NCBI RefSeq assembly: GCF_000067165.1
Contig: NC_010162.1
Location: 8,234,212-8,266,211 of the forward strand
Origin: Sorangium cellulosum So ce56
GTDB taxonomy: Bacteria; Myxococcota_A; Polyangia; Polyangiales; Polyangiaceae
DNA: 32,000 nt
Reading direction: 5' to 3'
This document shows positions 1 to 8,085 of this stretch, piece by piece (position 1 is the first letter of the stretch; each line of letters starts with the position of its first letter). The translations under genes were made by a program, and so were the position numbers. The notes beneath the pieces were generated by a model. It saw only the letters and a program-made list of their open reading frames with translations. It was not told the DNA's origin and made no database searches.

Positions 1-377
1 CCCGCGGCCTCGGCCCCCGCCGCGCCGCCCTTCTTGGGCAGGTCGAAGAGCGCCGACAGCTCGACCTTCTCCTGCTTCTTCTGCTCCAGGAGCCGGTTGA
101 CCGCGCGAAGCACGCGCGTCTTCGCGGGGCCGCTGATCGGCTTGCCCTGCAGCGCGGCGTTCAGCGTGCGGTCGGTCACGGGACGACCGCTGCGCGGCTT
201 CTTGGCGCTGGCCGCCTCCTTCTTCTTGGCGGCGTCCTCGCTGCCACGCGCCAGCCGCTTGGTCAGGCGGATCGCCCGATCCTCCGGCTGCAGCCGCTCG
301 ATCTTCACCGACGCCGCGATGATGCGGCGGGGGTCGATCTTCTTTTCCTTCAAGAAATCTTCGATCTTGGTGCCCAT
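1..377 (-). CDS. Lys/Ala-rich conserved hypothetical protein (3' end cut by window edge)
   Basis: Absent from the ORF track because it runs off the window. Reverse complement from ATG 377-375 reads MGTKIEDFLKEKKIDPRRIIAASVKIERLQPEDRAIRLTKRLARGSEDAAKKKEAASAKKPRSGRPVTDRTLNAALQGKPISGPAKTRVLRAVNRLLEQKKQEKVELSALFDLPKK... with no stop down to position 1 and G/C in almost every third position. Track ORF 34..483(+) is its Ser/Arg/Cys-rich antisense shadow. Confidence 0.6.
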   Translation of the reverse strand, partial: MGTKIEDFLKEKKIDPRRIIAASVKIERLQPEDRAIRLTKRLARGSEDAAKKKEAASAKKPRSGRPVTDRTLNAALQGKPISGPAKTRVLRAVNRLLEQKKQEKVELSALFDLPKKGGAAGAEAA

Positions 378-492
378 CGTCGTCACTTGCCCCGAAAGGG
401 CGGCGACCCTATCACGCGCGGCGCCGCCGTGCATCTGCGACGTTACCTCTGCGACGTTTACCCTTTGCGCCGCCCTGGGGTAGCTTGTCACG

Positions 493-1344
493 GTGACCCT
501 CCTGCCTGAGCTCGACGAAGCCGCGCGTGTCATTCTCGAACGAATTCCAGCCCCTCCGCGCGTCGGTGTGGTGCTCGGATCAGGGCTCGGCGGCTGGGGC
601 GACGAGCTCGCCGAGCTGGTGAAGGTGCCCTACGCGGACATCCCCGGCATGCCCCGTCCGGCCGTCGCCGGGCACCCTGGCTTCCTGTGCGCCGGCCGCG
701 TCGGGGACGTGCAGGTCGCCTGCCTGCAGGGGCGCGCGCACGTTTACGAGGGGCACCCGCTGGCGAAGGTGGTGTTCGGCGTGCGGGTGCTCGCCCGGCT
801 CGGCTGTCGCGCCGTGCTCCTGACCAACGCGGCCGGCGGAATCAACCCGGGGTTCGCCGCCGGCGATCTCATGCTGCTCACCGATCACCTGAACCTGATG
901 GGAGCGAACCCGCTGGTCGGGCCGAACGACGAGGCGCTCGGCAAGCGCTTCCCCGACATGACCTACGCGCACGATCCCAGGCTGCTCGAGCTCGCGAAGA
1001 CGGCGGCGAGCGACGCGGGCGTCGCCCTGCGCGAGGGGGTCTACGCCGCGCTGCTCGGACCGACGTACGAGACGCCCGCCGAGATCCGGATGCTGCGCAC
1101 GCTCGGAGCCGATGCGGTCGGGATGAGCACGGTCCCGGAGATCATCGCGCTCAGGCACATGGGCGTGCCCGCCGCGGCCATCTCGTGCGTCACGAACCTC
1201 GCCGCGGGGCTGACCAAGCGCGAGCTCGACCACAAGGAGGTCGAGGAGACCGCCCGGGAGGCGCGCGCCCGGTTCACGGCGCTGCTCTCGGCGTGGGTCC
1301 GCCGCGTCGGCGCCGACGTCGCGGCCGGGAGCTTTGCGTCGTGA
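493..1344 (+). CDS. punA: Purine nucleoside phosphorylase (trimeric PNP/PunA type)
   Basis: 283 aa. Family hallmarks are VLGSGLG near the N-terminus, GRxHxYEG, LTNAAGG, GPxYETPAE and GMSTVPE. GTG start at 493. The stop overlaps the next gene's start (GTGA at 1341-1344). Confidence 0.9.
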   Translation: MTLLPELDEAARVILERIPAPPRVGVVLGSGLGGWGDELAELVKVPYADIPGMPRPAVAGHPGFLCAGRVGDVQVACLQGRAHVYEGHPLAKVVFGVRVLARLGCRAVLLTNAAGGINPGFAAGDLMLLTDHLNLMGANPLVGPNDEALGKRFPDMTYAHDPRLLELAKTAASDAGVALREGVYAALLGPTYETPAEIRMLRTLGADAVGMSTVPEIIALRHMGVPAAAISCVTNLAAGLTKRELDHKEVEETAREARARFTALLSAWVRRVGADVAAGSFAS

Positions 1345-1805
1345 GCCGCCCTCCGCGCGACGCCGGCGACGCGCTCGCCTCGGCTGAAGCGGCGCAGACG
1401 ATCGACTGGGACGCGCTCGACCAGGCCGCCCTCGCCGTCCGGACGCGGGCGCACGCGCCGTACTCCAGCTACCGGGTGGGCGCGGCGATCCTCGTGCGAT
1501 CCGGCCGCGTGTTCACCGGCTGCAACGTCGAGAACGCCTCGTACGGGCTCACCATCTGCGCAGAGCGCTCCGCCATCGTGCAGATGGTCGCGGCCGGCGA
1601 GCGCGATCCGATCGCGCTCACCGTCGCCACCAGCGGGCCCGTGCTCGGCAGCCCGTGCGGTATGTGCAGGCAAACCCTCGCCGAGTTCGCCGTGGATTTC
1701 CCGATCCGCCTGATCGCCGCCGAGGCCGGCGGCGTGGCGCCGCGGACCACCTCGCTGTCGGCGCTGCTCCCCGAGGCGTTCGGGGCGGCCGCGCTCTCGC
1801 GCTGA
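1341..1805 (+). CDS. cdd: Cytidine deaminase
   Basis: Tail of track ORF 687..1805. From GTG 1341 it gives 154 aa with the zinc deaminase signature CAERSA ... PCGMCRQ and the APYSxYxVGAA motif. The 4-nt overlap with punA indicates translational coupling in a nucleoside-salvage operon. Confidence 0.9.
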   Translation: MSRPPRDAGDALASAEAAQTIDWDALDQAALAVRTRAHAPYSSYRVGAAILVRSGRVFTGCNVENASYGLTICAERSAIVQMVAAGERDPIALTVATSGPVLGSPCGMCRQTLAEFAVDFPIRLIAAEAGGVAPRTTSLSALLPEAFGAAALSR

Positions 1806-1839
1806 TCGCCCCGAGCGCCCTCCAGGGAGCGCCGATGGC

Positions 1840-4800
1840 TCACTCGATCGAGAGCGCCTCGGCCTGATCGATCTGCGACAGCGCCGCGGCGAGCGCCTCC
1901 CGCGCGCGCTCGAGCGAGACGCGGTCCTCACCCCACTTCGAGCGCGCCTTCTGCAGGCGGGCGCGCTCGACGGCCAGCTGCTCGGTGAGCTGCTCGCCGT
2001 GCGCCCGCAGGGTGTCGCGCTCCTCGGTCCGCTGCGAGAGCTGAGCGCCGAGCTCGCTCCCACGCCGCTCCGCCTCGGCGAGCCGGCCCTGGAGCGCCTC
2101 GATGGATTGCGCCCGCTCGGCGAGCTCGCCCAGCAAGCGCTCGCGCTCCGCGGCGGCCGCGGAGAGCTCGCCCGCGCGCTGCTCCAGCTGCCGATCGAGC
2201 TCCTGCGTCCGGGCCTCGAGGTCCGCGATCTGGCTGCGCGCTTGCCCGAGCTCCGTGGAGAGCCCGCGGGCGACCTCGTCCAGCTCGCGCCGCTGCGCCG
2301 CCCAGGCGGCCTCGCGCTCGGCGGTCTCGGCCTGGTGCGCCGCGCGCGTGTCGGCGAGCGCCTGCGCGTGCGCGGCCTCGAGCTGCGCCTGCCGCTCGGC
2401 GGCGCGCGCCTCGAGCTCGGCCACCCGCTTCGCGTGGGCCTGCTCGGCGTCGCGGACGGCCTGCTCGCGCTCGTCGATGAGCTCGCGCTCCCGCGCCGCG
2501 AGCTGCGTTGCGAAGCTCTCTCGCGCGGCCGCGAGCACCCTCGCGTGCTCCTCCGTCTGCTGCGCGATCGCCCGCGCATGCTCCTCGGCCTGCCCCTCGA
2601 GGGCGCGCGCGTGCTCGCCCCGCAGCGACTCCAGCGCGGACGCGTGCTCGCGATCCCGCCGTCCGTTCTCGTCCGCGTGCTCGCTCCGGAGCCCCTCGAG
2701 GGCGCGCGCGTGCTCGCCCCGCAGCGCCTCCAGCGCGGACGCGTGCTCGCCCCGCAGCGCCTCCAGCGCGGACGCGTGCGCGGCCTGCTGCTTCTCGAGC
2801 GCGGCGGCGTGCTCGTCGCGCGCCCCCTGGAGCGCGGCGGCGTGCTCCGCCTGGGCGCGCTCCACGGCGGCGGCGTGCTCGCTCCGCGCCGCGTCCAGCG
2901 CGGCGGCGTGCTCCCGGTCGCGCCGCTCCGTCGCGGCCTCGTGCTCGCGCCGCAGCGCCTCGACGGCGGCCTCGTGCTCGCGCCTCGACGCGTCGAGCGC
3001 CCCGGCGTGCTCGGCCCGCAGCCCCTCCATGGCGGCGGCGTGCTCGGATTTCGCCCCCTCCGCCGCCGCCGCATGCTCGGCCCGGAGGCGGTCGAGCGCC
3101 GTGGCGTGCTCGCCGGTCAGCTTCTCGATGGCGCCGGCGTGCTCGCCGGTCAGCTTCTCGATGGCGCCGGCGTGCTCGCTGGTCAGCTTCTCGATGGCGG
3201 CGCGGTGCTCGGCGGCCTGCTGCTCGCGCCGGGCGGCGTGCTCGGCGTTGAGCCGCTCCACCTCCGCCCGGTGCGCCGAGGCCGCCTGCTCGAAGCGCTC
3301 GCGCTCCGCCTGCGCGCTCTCCTCGAGCTCGCGCTGCGCCGAGGCCTCGACGGCGGCGATCGCTTGCGTCTTCTCGTCCGCCGCCGCGCGCAGCGCCTCC
3401 GTGTGCGCCGCCTCCGCGTCCATCAGCGCCTGCCGGGCCGACGAGAGATCGGCGTCGCGGGCCGCGATCTGCCCCTGCAGCTTCTCCGCGCGCGCCTTGA
3501 AGTCGTCCGCGCGCTTCGCGGCGAGCTCCTTGTCCGCGCGGAGCGACGCGACCTGTCCGTCGAGGTCCTCGCTCGCGCGCTCGAGCTCCAGGATCCTGTC
3601 GACCTGATCGGCCTTCTCTCGCTCGAGCGACAGCGACTGATCCCGGAGCTCCAGCAGCTCCTTGTCCTTGCGCGACATCTGGTCGCGGAGCGCGAGGATC
3701 TCTTTGTCCTTCTTGTTGAGCGCCTCGCGCAGATCCAGGAACTCGCGGCTCGACACGCCGCCGGGCCTGGAGCCGGCGCCGGCGCCGGACGCGAGCTTCA
3801 CCTTGAGCTCGTCGAGCTCGCGCCGCAGGCGGGCCGCCTCCTGGCTGCCGTCGTTCGCCGAGGAGAGCTCGCCCTCGAGGCGGAGCGAGGTCGCGCGCGC
3901 AGCCGCGACTTCCTTGGTGAGGCGGACGATCTCTCCCTTGGACCTGTCCAGCTCGCCACGCAGACGCTCGATCTCGGCCGTGTCGGCGTCGGAGCGAGGC
4001 GGCGCGGGGGGCGCAGGGGTCAACCGCCCGCGCTCGGAGATCGGAGCCCGGTACGCGGCACCGCGCTCGGAGACCGGAGCCCGGTACGCGGCACCGCGCT
4101 CGGAGACGGGAGCCCGGTACGCGGCCACCGGCGACGAGCTCACGGGCGGCGGCGCCGAGGCCGGCACGGGCGTCTTCGTGGGCGCCAGCGTCCGAGACGA
4201 CGGCGCAACCGAGGGCCTGACGTCGGTGCGCTCCTCCTCCTCGTCGCGGATCAGCCGGGTGAACGCGCCGCCGATGAACTCCTCGATGTCCTCGTCCGAC
4301 TTGCGGGCGTCCGACCGCGCCGCGGCGCCCTGCGGGGGCCTCGGCGGAGCTGAAGCCCGGGCACGATCCTGCGCAACGGCGGCAGGCGGCGCCGGCGGCA
4401 CGGCAGACGGTGTGGCGGCAGGCGGCGGCGCCGCGGACGTCGGCCTCGGCGCGGCAGGCGGCGGCACCGCGGACGGCGGCCTCGGCGCGGGCGGCGGCGG
4501 TACCGCGGACGGCGTGGCGGCGGCAGGCGGCGGCGGCGCCGCGGACGGCGGCCTCGGCACGGGCGGCGGGACCGACGGCGCAACGACGGGCGGAGGCGCG
4601 ACGCTCCCGGGCGTGCCGTCCGAGCCCACGGCGGCCGTGATGATCGTGGGATCGCCGGAGTCCTCGTCGATGTCGGCCTCGAGCACCTCGGCCTCATCGA
4701 TCATGATCGGATCGGCCTCCGCGTCGTCCCCGTCGATCGGGACGTAGTTGCGGATGTGCTCGAGGAGCTCGCCGAACGCGATCGGCTTGTGGATGTAGTC

Positions 4801-5103
4801 CTCCGCGCGCGTCCTGAGCTTGCGGTGCTGCTCGAACGTCTCTTCGCTCGACTCGCTCGACATGATGACGAGCGGGACGTCCTTGAGCTGCACGTCCTTC
4901 TTGAGCTTGTTGCAGACCGAGAAGCCGTTCATGCGCGGCAGCTCGATCGACAGCAGGATGAGGTCGGGGCGCTCGGCCGCGGCCGCCTGCAGGCCGACGT
5001 TGCCGTCGTCGACGACCTGAACGGTGCAGCCGAGGCGGCCCAATTCCGTGCGGAGCTCCCCGGCAAACGCCGGATCGCTCTCAAATACGAGGACTTTCGT
5101 CAT
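1840..5103 (-). CDS. FrzS/AglZ-like protein: N-terminal pseudo-receiver domain, Pro-rich linker, long coiled coil
   Basis: Track ORF 1840..5157. I prefer ATG 5103 (MTKVLVFESD...) because the upstream 18 codons would overlap a good promoter match. Residues 1-120 form a CheY-like receiver (VLVFESD ... DLILLSIELP ... VIMSS ... YIHKP) with Ser where the phospho-acceptor Asp should be. Next come a Pro/Ala-rich segment, three AAYRAPVSERG repeats and about 700 aa of Glu/Ala/Arg/Leu-rich helix. This architecture matches the Myxococcus motility proteins FrzS and AglZ (from memory). Confidence 0.85.
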   Translation of the reverse strand: MTKVLVFESDPAFAGELRTELGRLGCTVQVVDDGNVGLQAAAAERPDLILLSIELPRMNGFSVCNKLKKDVQLKDVPLVIMSSESSEETFEQHRKLRTRAEDYIHKPIAFGELLEHIRNYVPIDGDDAEADPIMIDEAEVLEADIDEDSGDPTIITAAVGSDGTPGSVAPPPVVAPSVPPPVPRPPSAAPPPPAAATPSAVPPPPAPRPPSAVPPPAAPRPTSAAPPPAATPSAVPPAPPAAVAQDRARASAPPRPPQGAAARSDARKSDEDIEEFIGGAFTRLIRDEEEERTDVRPSVAPSSRTLAPTKTPVPASAPPPVSSSPVAAYRAPVSERGAAYRAPVSERGAAYRAPISERGRLTPAPPAPPRSDADTAEIERLRGELDRSKGEIVRLTKEVAAARATSLRLEGELSSANDGSQEAARLRRELDELKVKLASGAGAGSRPGGVSSREFLDLREALNKKDKEILALRDQMSRKDKELLELRDQSLSLEREKADQVDRILELERASEDLDGQVASLRADKELAAKRADDFKARAEKLQGQIAARDADLSSARQALMDAEAAHTEALRAAADEKTQAIAAVEASAQRELEESAQAERERFEQAASAHRAEVERLNAEHAARREQQAAEHRAAIEKLTSEHAGAIEKLTGEHAGAIEKLTGEHATALDRLRAEHAAAAEGAKSEHAAAMEGLRAEHAGALDASRREHEAAVEALRREHEAATERRDREHAAALDAARSEHAAAVERAQAEHAAALQGARDEHAAALEKQQAAHASALEALRGEHASALEALRGEHARALEGLRSEHADENGRRDREHASALESLRGEHARALEGQAEEHARAIAQQTEEHARVLAAARESFATQLAARERELIDEREQAVRDAEQAHAKRVAELEARAAERQAQLEAAHAQALADTRAAHQAETAEREAAWAAQRRELDEVARGLSTELGQARSQIADLEARTQELDRQLEQRAGELSAAAAERERLLGELAERAQSIEALQGRLAEAERRGSELGAQLSQRTEERDTLRAHGEQLTEQLAVERARLQKARSKWGEDRVSLERAREALAAALSQIDQAEALSIE
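2518..3243 (-). repeat. 22 tandem, strictly phased 33-bp repeats encoding 11-residue units starting Glu-His (Ala-His in one unit)
   Basis: On the + strand GTGCTC (the complement of GAG-CAC, Glu-His) recurs every 33 nt without slippage. The starts are 2545, 2578 (ATGCTC), 2611, 2644, 2677, 2710, 2743, 2776 (GTGCGC, Ala-His), 2809, 2842, 2875, 2908, 2941, 2974, 3007, 3040, 3073 (ATGCTC), 3106, 3139, 3172, 3205 and 3238. Units 3106-3138 and 3139-3171 are identical 33/33, as are 2710-2742 and 2743-2775. Confidence 0.95.
4031..4129 (-). repeat. 3 x 33-bp tandem repeat encoding AAYRAP(V/I)SERG
   Basis: Units at 4031-4063, 4064-4096 and 4097-4129 (cgctcggaga[t/c][c/g]ggagcccggtacgcggc[a/c]accg) differ at 1-3 positions. 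They lie between the Pro-rich linker and the coiled coil of the 1840..5103 gene. Confidence 0.95.
4375..4600 (-). repeat. Degenerate GC-rich repeats encoding a Pro/Ala-rich linker (PPPxAPRPPSAxPPP...)
   Basis: Recurrent ggcggcg[g/a]c[a/g]ccgcggacg[g/t]cggcctcggc blocks on the + strand. Translated on the - strand they give PPPVVAPSVPPPVPRPPSAAPPPPAAATPSAVPPPPAPRPPSAVPPPAAPRPTSAAPPPAATPSAVPPAPP. Boundaries are approximate. Confidence 0.5.
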
Positions 5104-5137
5104 GTTCCGGGGTGTGCGCGGGTTCGGAGGGGAAACC

Positions 5138-5167
5138 AAGATATCGGCCCCCTTCAACGAGTGTCAA
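5138..5167 (-). promoter_or_regulatory. Candidate sigma-70-type promoter for the pseudo-receiver/coiled-coil gene
   Basis: On the - strand: TTGACA (5167-5162), an 18-nt spacer, then TATCTT (5143-5138), about 35 nt upstream of ATG 5103. It sits in one of the few less GC-rich patches. This is a pattern match only. Confidence 0.3.
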
Positions 5168-5333
5168 ACACGAGGCTGGCAGCGCAGCTCAGATCGCGCG
5201 GCCGCCGCCCGCCTGCCAATCCTGCCGGCGGGGCGCCGAGCGGAAATCGCCCGGCCCGGGGGCGATACCGCACAATCCTACATGACTCTCGCCGGGGAGC
5301 AGGGAGACAGCGGAAGACCCGCGCGTTCGCCGA

Positions 5334-6503
5334 TCAGGGCGCGACGAAGTGGCCGGGCGCCTCGTCTCCGAAGCACAGCCCCATCTCACGGGCCGTGACG
5401 ACCGTGTCCGAGTCGAGCGGCACCGTCTTCGTCTTGCCGGCGACCTCCTCGAGGGGGACGAGCTCGATCCGGTTCGAGCGCAGCGCCACCATCCCGCTGC
5501 CGCAGTCCTCGACGAGGCAGCGCGCCGCGGCCGCGCCGAAGCGGAGGGCGAGCAAGCGATCCGCCGTCGTGGGGCCGCCGCCCCGCTGGAGGTGGCCGAG
5601 CACCATCGAGCGCGCTTCCTTGCCGGTGCGGGCCGCGAGCTCCTTGGCCACGCGCTCGGCCACGCCCCCGAGCACGGCGGTGCGGCGGAACGCGTCGCCC
5701 GCGTCCTTGATGATCAGCTCACCCCCTTGCGCGTACGCCCCCTCGGCCGCCACGACGATGGAGAAGCGGCGCCCGCGCGACTCCCGCAGGCGGATCTTCT
5801 CGGCGATCGCCTCGAACCGGAACGGGATCTCCGGGATCAGGATGGCGTCGGCTCCGCCGGCGATCCCGGCGTTGAGCGCGATCCAGCCCGCGTGCCGCCC
5901 CATCACCTCCACGACCATGATCCGCTCGTGCGCCTCGGTCGTGGTGTGGAGCCGGTCGAGCGCCTCGGTCGCGATGGAGACCGCCGTGTCGAAGCCGAAC
6001 GTGAGGTCCGTGCAGCAGACGTCGTTGTCGATCGTCTTCGGTACGCCGATGACGAGGGGCAGCCCGCGCTGGAGCAGCTGGTGCGCGATCCGCATGGATC
6101 CGTCTCCGCCCACCGAGATGAGCGCGTCGAACCCCTCCGCGCGAAACCGCCGCACGAGATCCTCGGATCGATCCCGCGGCACGAGCCCGTGCTCGCCAGG
6201 CGTCGGGTAGTGGAACGGATCGCCGCGGTTCGCGGTGCCCAGGATGGTGCCCCCGAGGTGCGCGATGCCCCGGACCCGCTCGCGATCCAGGCGGATGAGC
6301 CCGTCCGGAGCGTCGTCGAGCAACCCGCGGTACCCCTGCCGGATCCCCCACACCTCCCAGCCACGCTCGAGCGCGCCGAGCGTGGCCGCGCGGATCACAG
6401 CGTTGAGCCCCGGCGCGTCGCCTCCGCCGGTACTGATAGCGATCTTTCGTGCCGCCATGAGGCTCGCAGCATCGCGAGCCGCCCCCGGCGACGCAATAGA
6501 CAT
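5334..6503 (-). CDS. pfk: 6-phosphofructokinase (probably ATP-dependent)
   Basis: Track ORF 5334..6827; the N-terminal ~108 codons look like non-coding read-through. From ATG 6503 (MSIASPGAARDAASLMAARKIAISTGGGDAPGLNAVIRA...) the PFK motifs are present: GGGDAPGLN, GGDGS, PKTIDNDV and MGRHAGW. GGDGS rather than GGDD(T/S) favours ATP over PPi as donor (inference). An alternative start is ATG 6458. Confidence 0.9.
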   Translation of the reverse strand: MSIASPGAARDAASLMAARKIAISTGGGDAPGLNAVIRAATLGALERGWEVWGIRQGYRGLLDDAPDGLIRLDRERVRGIAHLGGTILGTANRGDPFHYPTPGEHGLVPRDRSEDLVRRFRAEGFDALISVGGDGSMRIAHQLLQRGLPLVIGVPKTIDNDVCCTDLTFGFDTAVSIATEALDRLHTTTEAHERIMVVEVMGRHAGWIALNAGIAGGADAILIPEIPFRFEAIAEKIRLRESRGRRFSIVVAAEGAYAQGGELIIKDAGDAFRRTAVLGGVAERVAKELAARTGKEARSMVLGHLQRGGGPTTADRLLALRFGAAAARCLVEDCGSGMVALRSNRIELVPLEEVAGKTKTVPLDSDTVVTAREMGLCFGDEAPGHFVAP

Positions 6504-6783
6504 CTCCTCGACCTGGCCTCGAAAGGCACGGATGCGCGTGGCGATTCGACGGAGCGACGGCGGCGGACGGCGGCGAACGCGGCCCGCTGGACGAGCCCGG
6601 GGAGCGCGGCGAGCGAGGAGCGCCTGCGCGAAGCGGCCTTCGCACCCGGCGCGCGTGCGCCGTGTGGTCGGGGCCGCCACGGGAGGGGGGTCGATCCGGA
6701 GGAGCGCAGGCATGACGGTCGCGAGCGCCGGCGACAGGGTATAGGGGCGTGCGCATGCGATCACCCCGGCTGCGTGCCCCTGT

Positions 6784-8013
6784 ATGAACCGCGCCACCCT
6801 GATCCGAGGCATCCAGGTCATCGTCACGCTGACGCTCGCGTCGTTCGCTTACGTCCTCTACAGCGAGATCCACGACAAGCAGGCGAGCCTCGCCGCCGCG
6901 TTCGCGCACGTGCGCCCGGGCTGGCTGCTCGTCGGCGCCGTGCTGGCGCTGCAAGAGGGCGTGTTCGGAGGCCTCAGGATCTGGACCCTCGGGCGCGTCC
7001 TCTGGCCCGAGCTCCGCGTCCGTACCGCGGTGACCTCGGAGTTCGTGCTGATGTTCTGCGCCGGGGTGACCCCCGGACAGGCCGGCGCGGCGCCGTCGCA
7101 GGCCGCCGTGCTCGTGCACGGCGGCATGCGGCTCGTCGACGTGGCCACGGCGGAGCTGCTCACCGCCTCGTGCACGATCACCTTCTTCCTCCTGTCTGCC
7201 GTGGTCATCTTCGTGCTGCAGCAGGGCGGGATGCTGGTCGTGCAGGCGGGCGCTCAGATCGAGTGGCTGCTCCTCTTCACCGTCGTGATGTTCGGCTCGG
7301 CCCTCGTCGCGCTCATCGCCGCGGCGGCGTACCCGCCGCTCCTCAAGGGGATCGTCCGCGCGCTGTCGGTGCCGCTCGGGAAGCTCCTGCGCGCGGCCCT
7401 GCGAGGCGCCCGGCGCGTGCCCCGGCTGCGGGCCCGCGCCGAGGCCGCGCTCGCCGCCCCCGGCGCCACGACCGCGCGCCTGCTGCTCGGCGTGGACGAG
7501 TTCCACCGCGGCTTCCGCATCTACATGCGCCGCGGAAAGCGCGCCTACGCCGCCGCGCTGCTGCTCACGTTCGGCTTCTTCTGCTCGCGGTTCGCCGTCG
7601 CCTACTTCATCCTGCTCGGGCTCGGCATTCCGACCTCGCCCTCGACGTTCGTCTCGGTGGGCCCGCCGATCGTGCAGGTCGTCCTGATCCAGACGCTGCT
7701 CAACTTCGCGCTCTACATGACCCCCACGCCCGGCGCGAGCGGCGTCGCCGAGCTCGGCTCGAACGCGCTCATGTCGCCCTGGGTCCACGGCGCGTTCGTG
7801 GTGCCGTACGTCGTCCTCTGGCGGGTGCTCACCCTGTTCCTCTGCATGTTCGTCGGGGGGGTCTACGTCTTCCGCTACCTCGGCACCGACGTGCTCGAGC
7901 AGCGCGTGAAGCAGACGGAGGCGGAGAAGCGCGCGCTCGCGGAGGCGGCGCGCGCCGGGAAGGCGCCGCTGGGTGGAGAGGACACCACCGACCGGCAGCA
8001 AGGCGTGGGGTGA
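6784..8013 (+). CDS. Polytopic membrane protein, UPF0104 / LPG-synthase-TM (flippase-like) family
   Basis: 409 aa with about 8 hydrophobic segments. The N-terminal layout (short charged head, TM, then ...RPGWLLVGAVLALQ...GLRIWTL...) resembles PF03706-type proteins as I remember them. The family assignment is tentative; the coding call is solid on GC3 and hydrophobic periodicity. Confidence 0.6.
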   Translation: MNRATLIRGIQVIVTLTLASFAYVLYSEIHDKQASLAAAFAHVRPGWLLVGAVLALQEGVFGGLRIWTLGRVLWPELRVRTAVTSEFVLMFCAGVTPGQAGAAPSQAAVLVHGGMRLVDVATAELLTASCTITFFLLSAVVIFVLQQGGMLVVQAGAQIEWLLLFTVVMFGSALVALIAAAAYPPLLKGIVRALSVPLGKLLRAALRGARRVPRLRARAEAALAAPGATTARLLLGVDEFHRGFRIYMRRGKRAYAAALLLTFGFFCSRFAVAYFILLGLGIPTSPSTFVSVGPPIVQVVLIQTLLNFALYMTPTPGASGVAELGSNALMSPWVHGAFVVPYVVLWRVLTLFLCMFVGGVYVFRYLGTDVLEQRVKQTEAEKRALAEAARAGKAPLGGEDTTDRQQGVG

Positions 8014-8038
8014 CGCGGGAATGGGGGTGGCGCGGTCG

Positions 8039-8074
8039 GCGCGGCTGGCGCAGGCCGGCCCGCGAAAGCCGCGC
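8039..8074. other. GC-rich inverted repeat between convergent genes (possible bidirectional terminator)
   Basis: gcgcggct (8039-8046) pairs perfectly with agccgcgc (8067-8074). The 20-nt interior contains the palindrome ggccggcc. It lies between the stop at 8013 (+) and the stop at 8086 (-). There is no U-tract, so function is uncertain. Confidence 0.25.
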
Positions 8075-8085
8075 CCGGCGCGGGA

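Noticed and set aside
1041-4353. Very long ORFs overlapping the coiled-coil gene: 1041..3074(-) 677 aa, 1999..4353(+) 784 aa, 2102..3607(+), 2508..3251(+) and 3662..4747(+).
   Set aside because: Their products are Arg/Pro/Ser/Ala homopolymer-like, with no motifs and no start context. They are frame or antisense shadows of a GC3-rich repetitive gene. The 1840..5103(-) frame alone gives a receiver domain and amphipathic helix.
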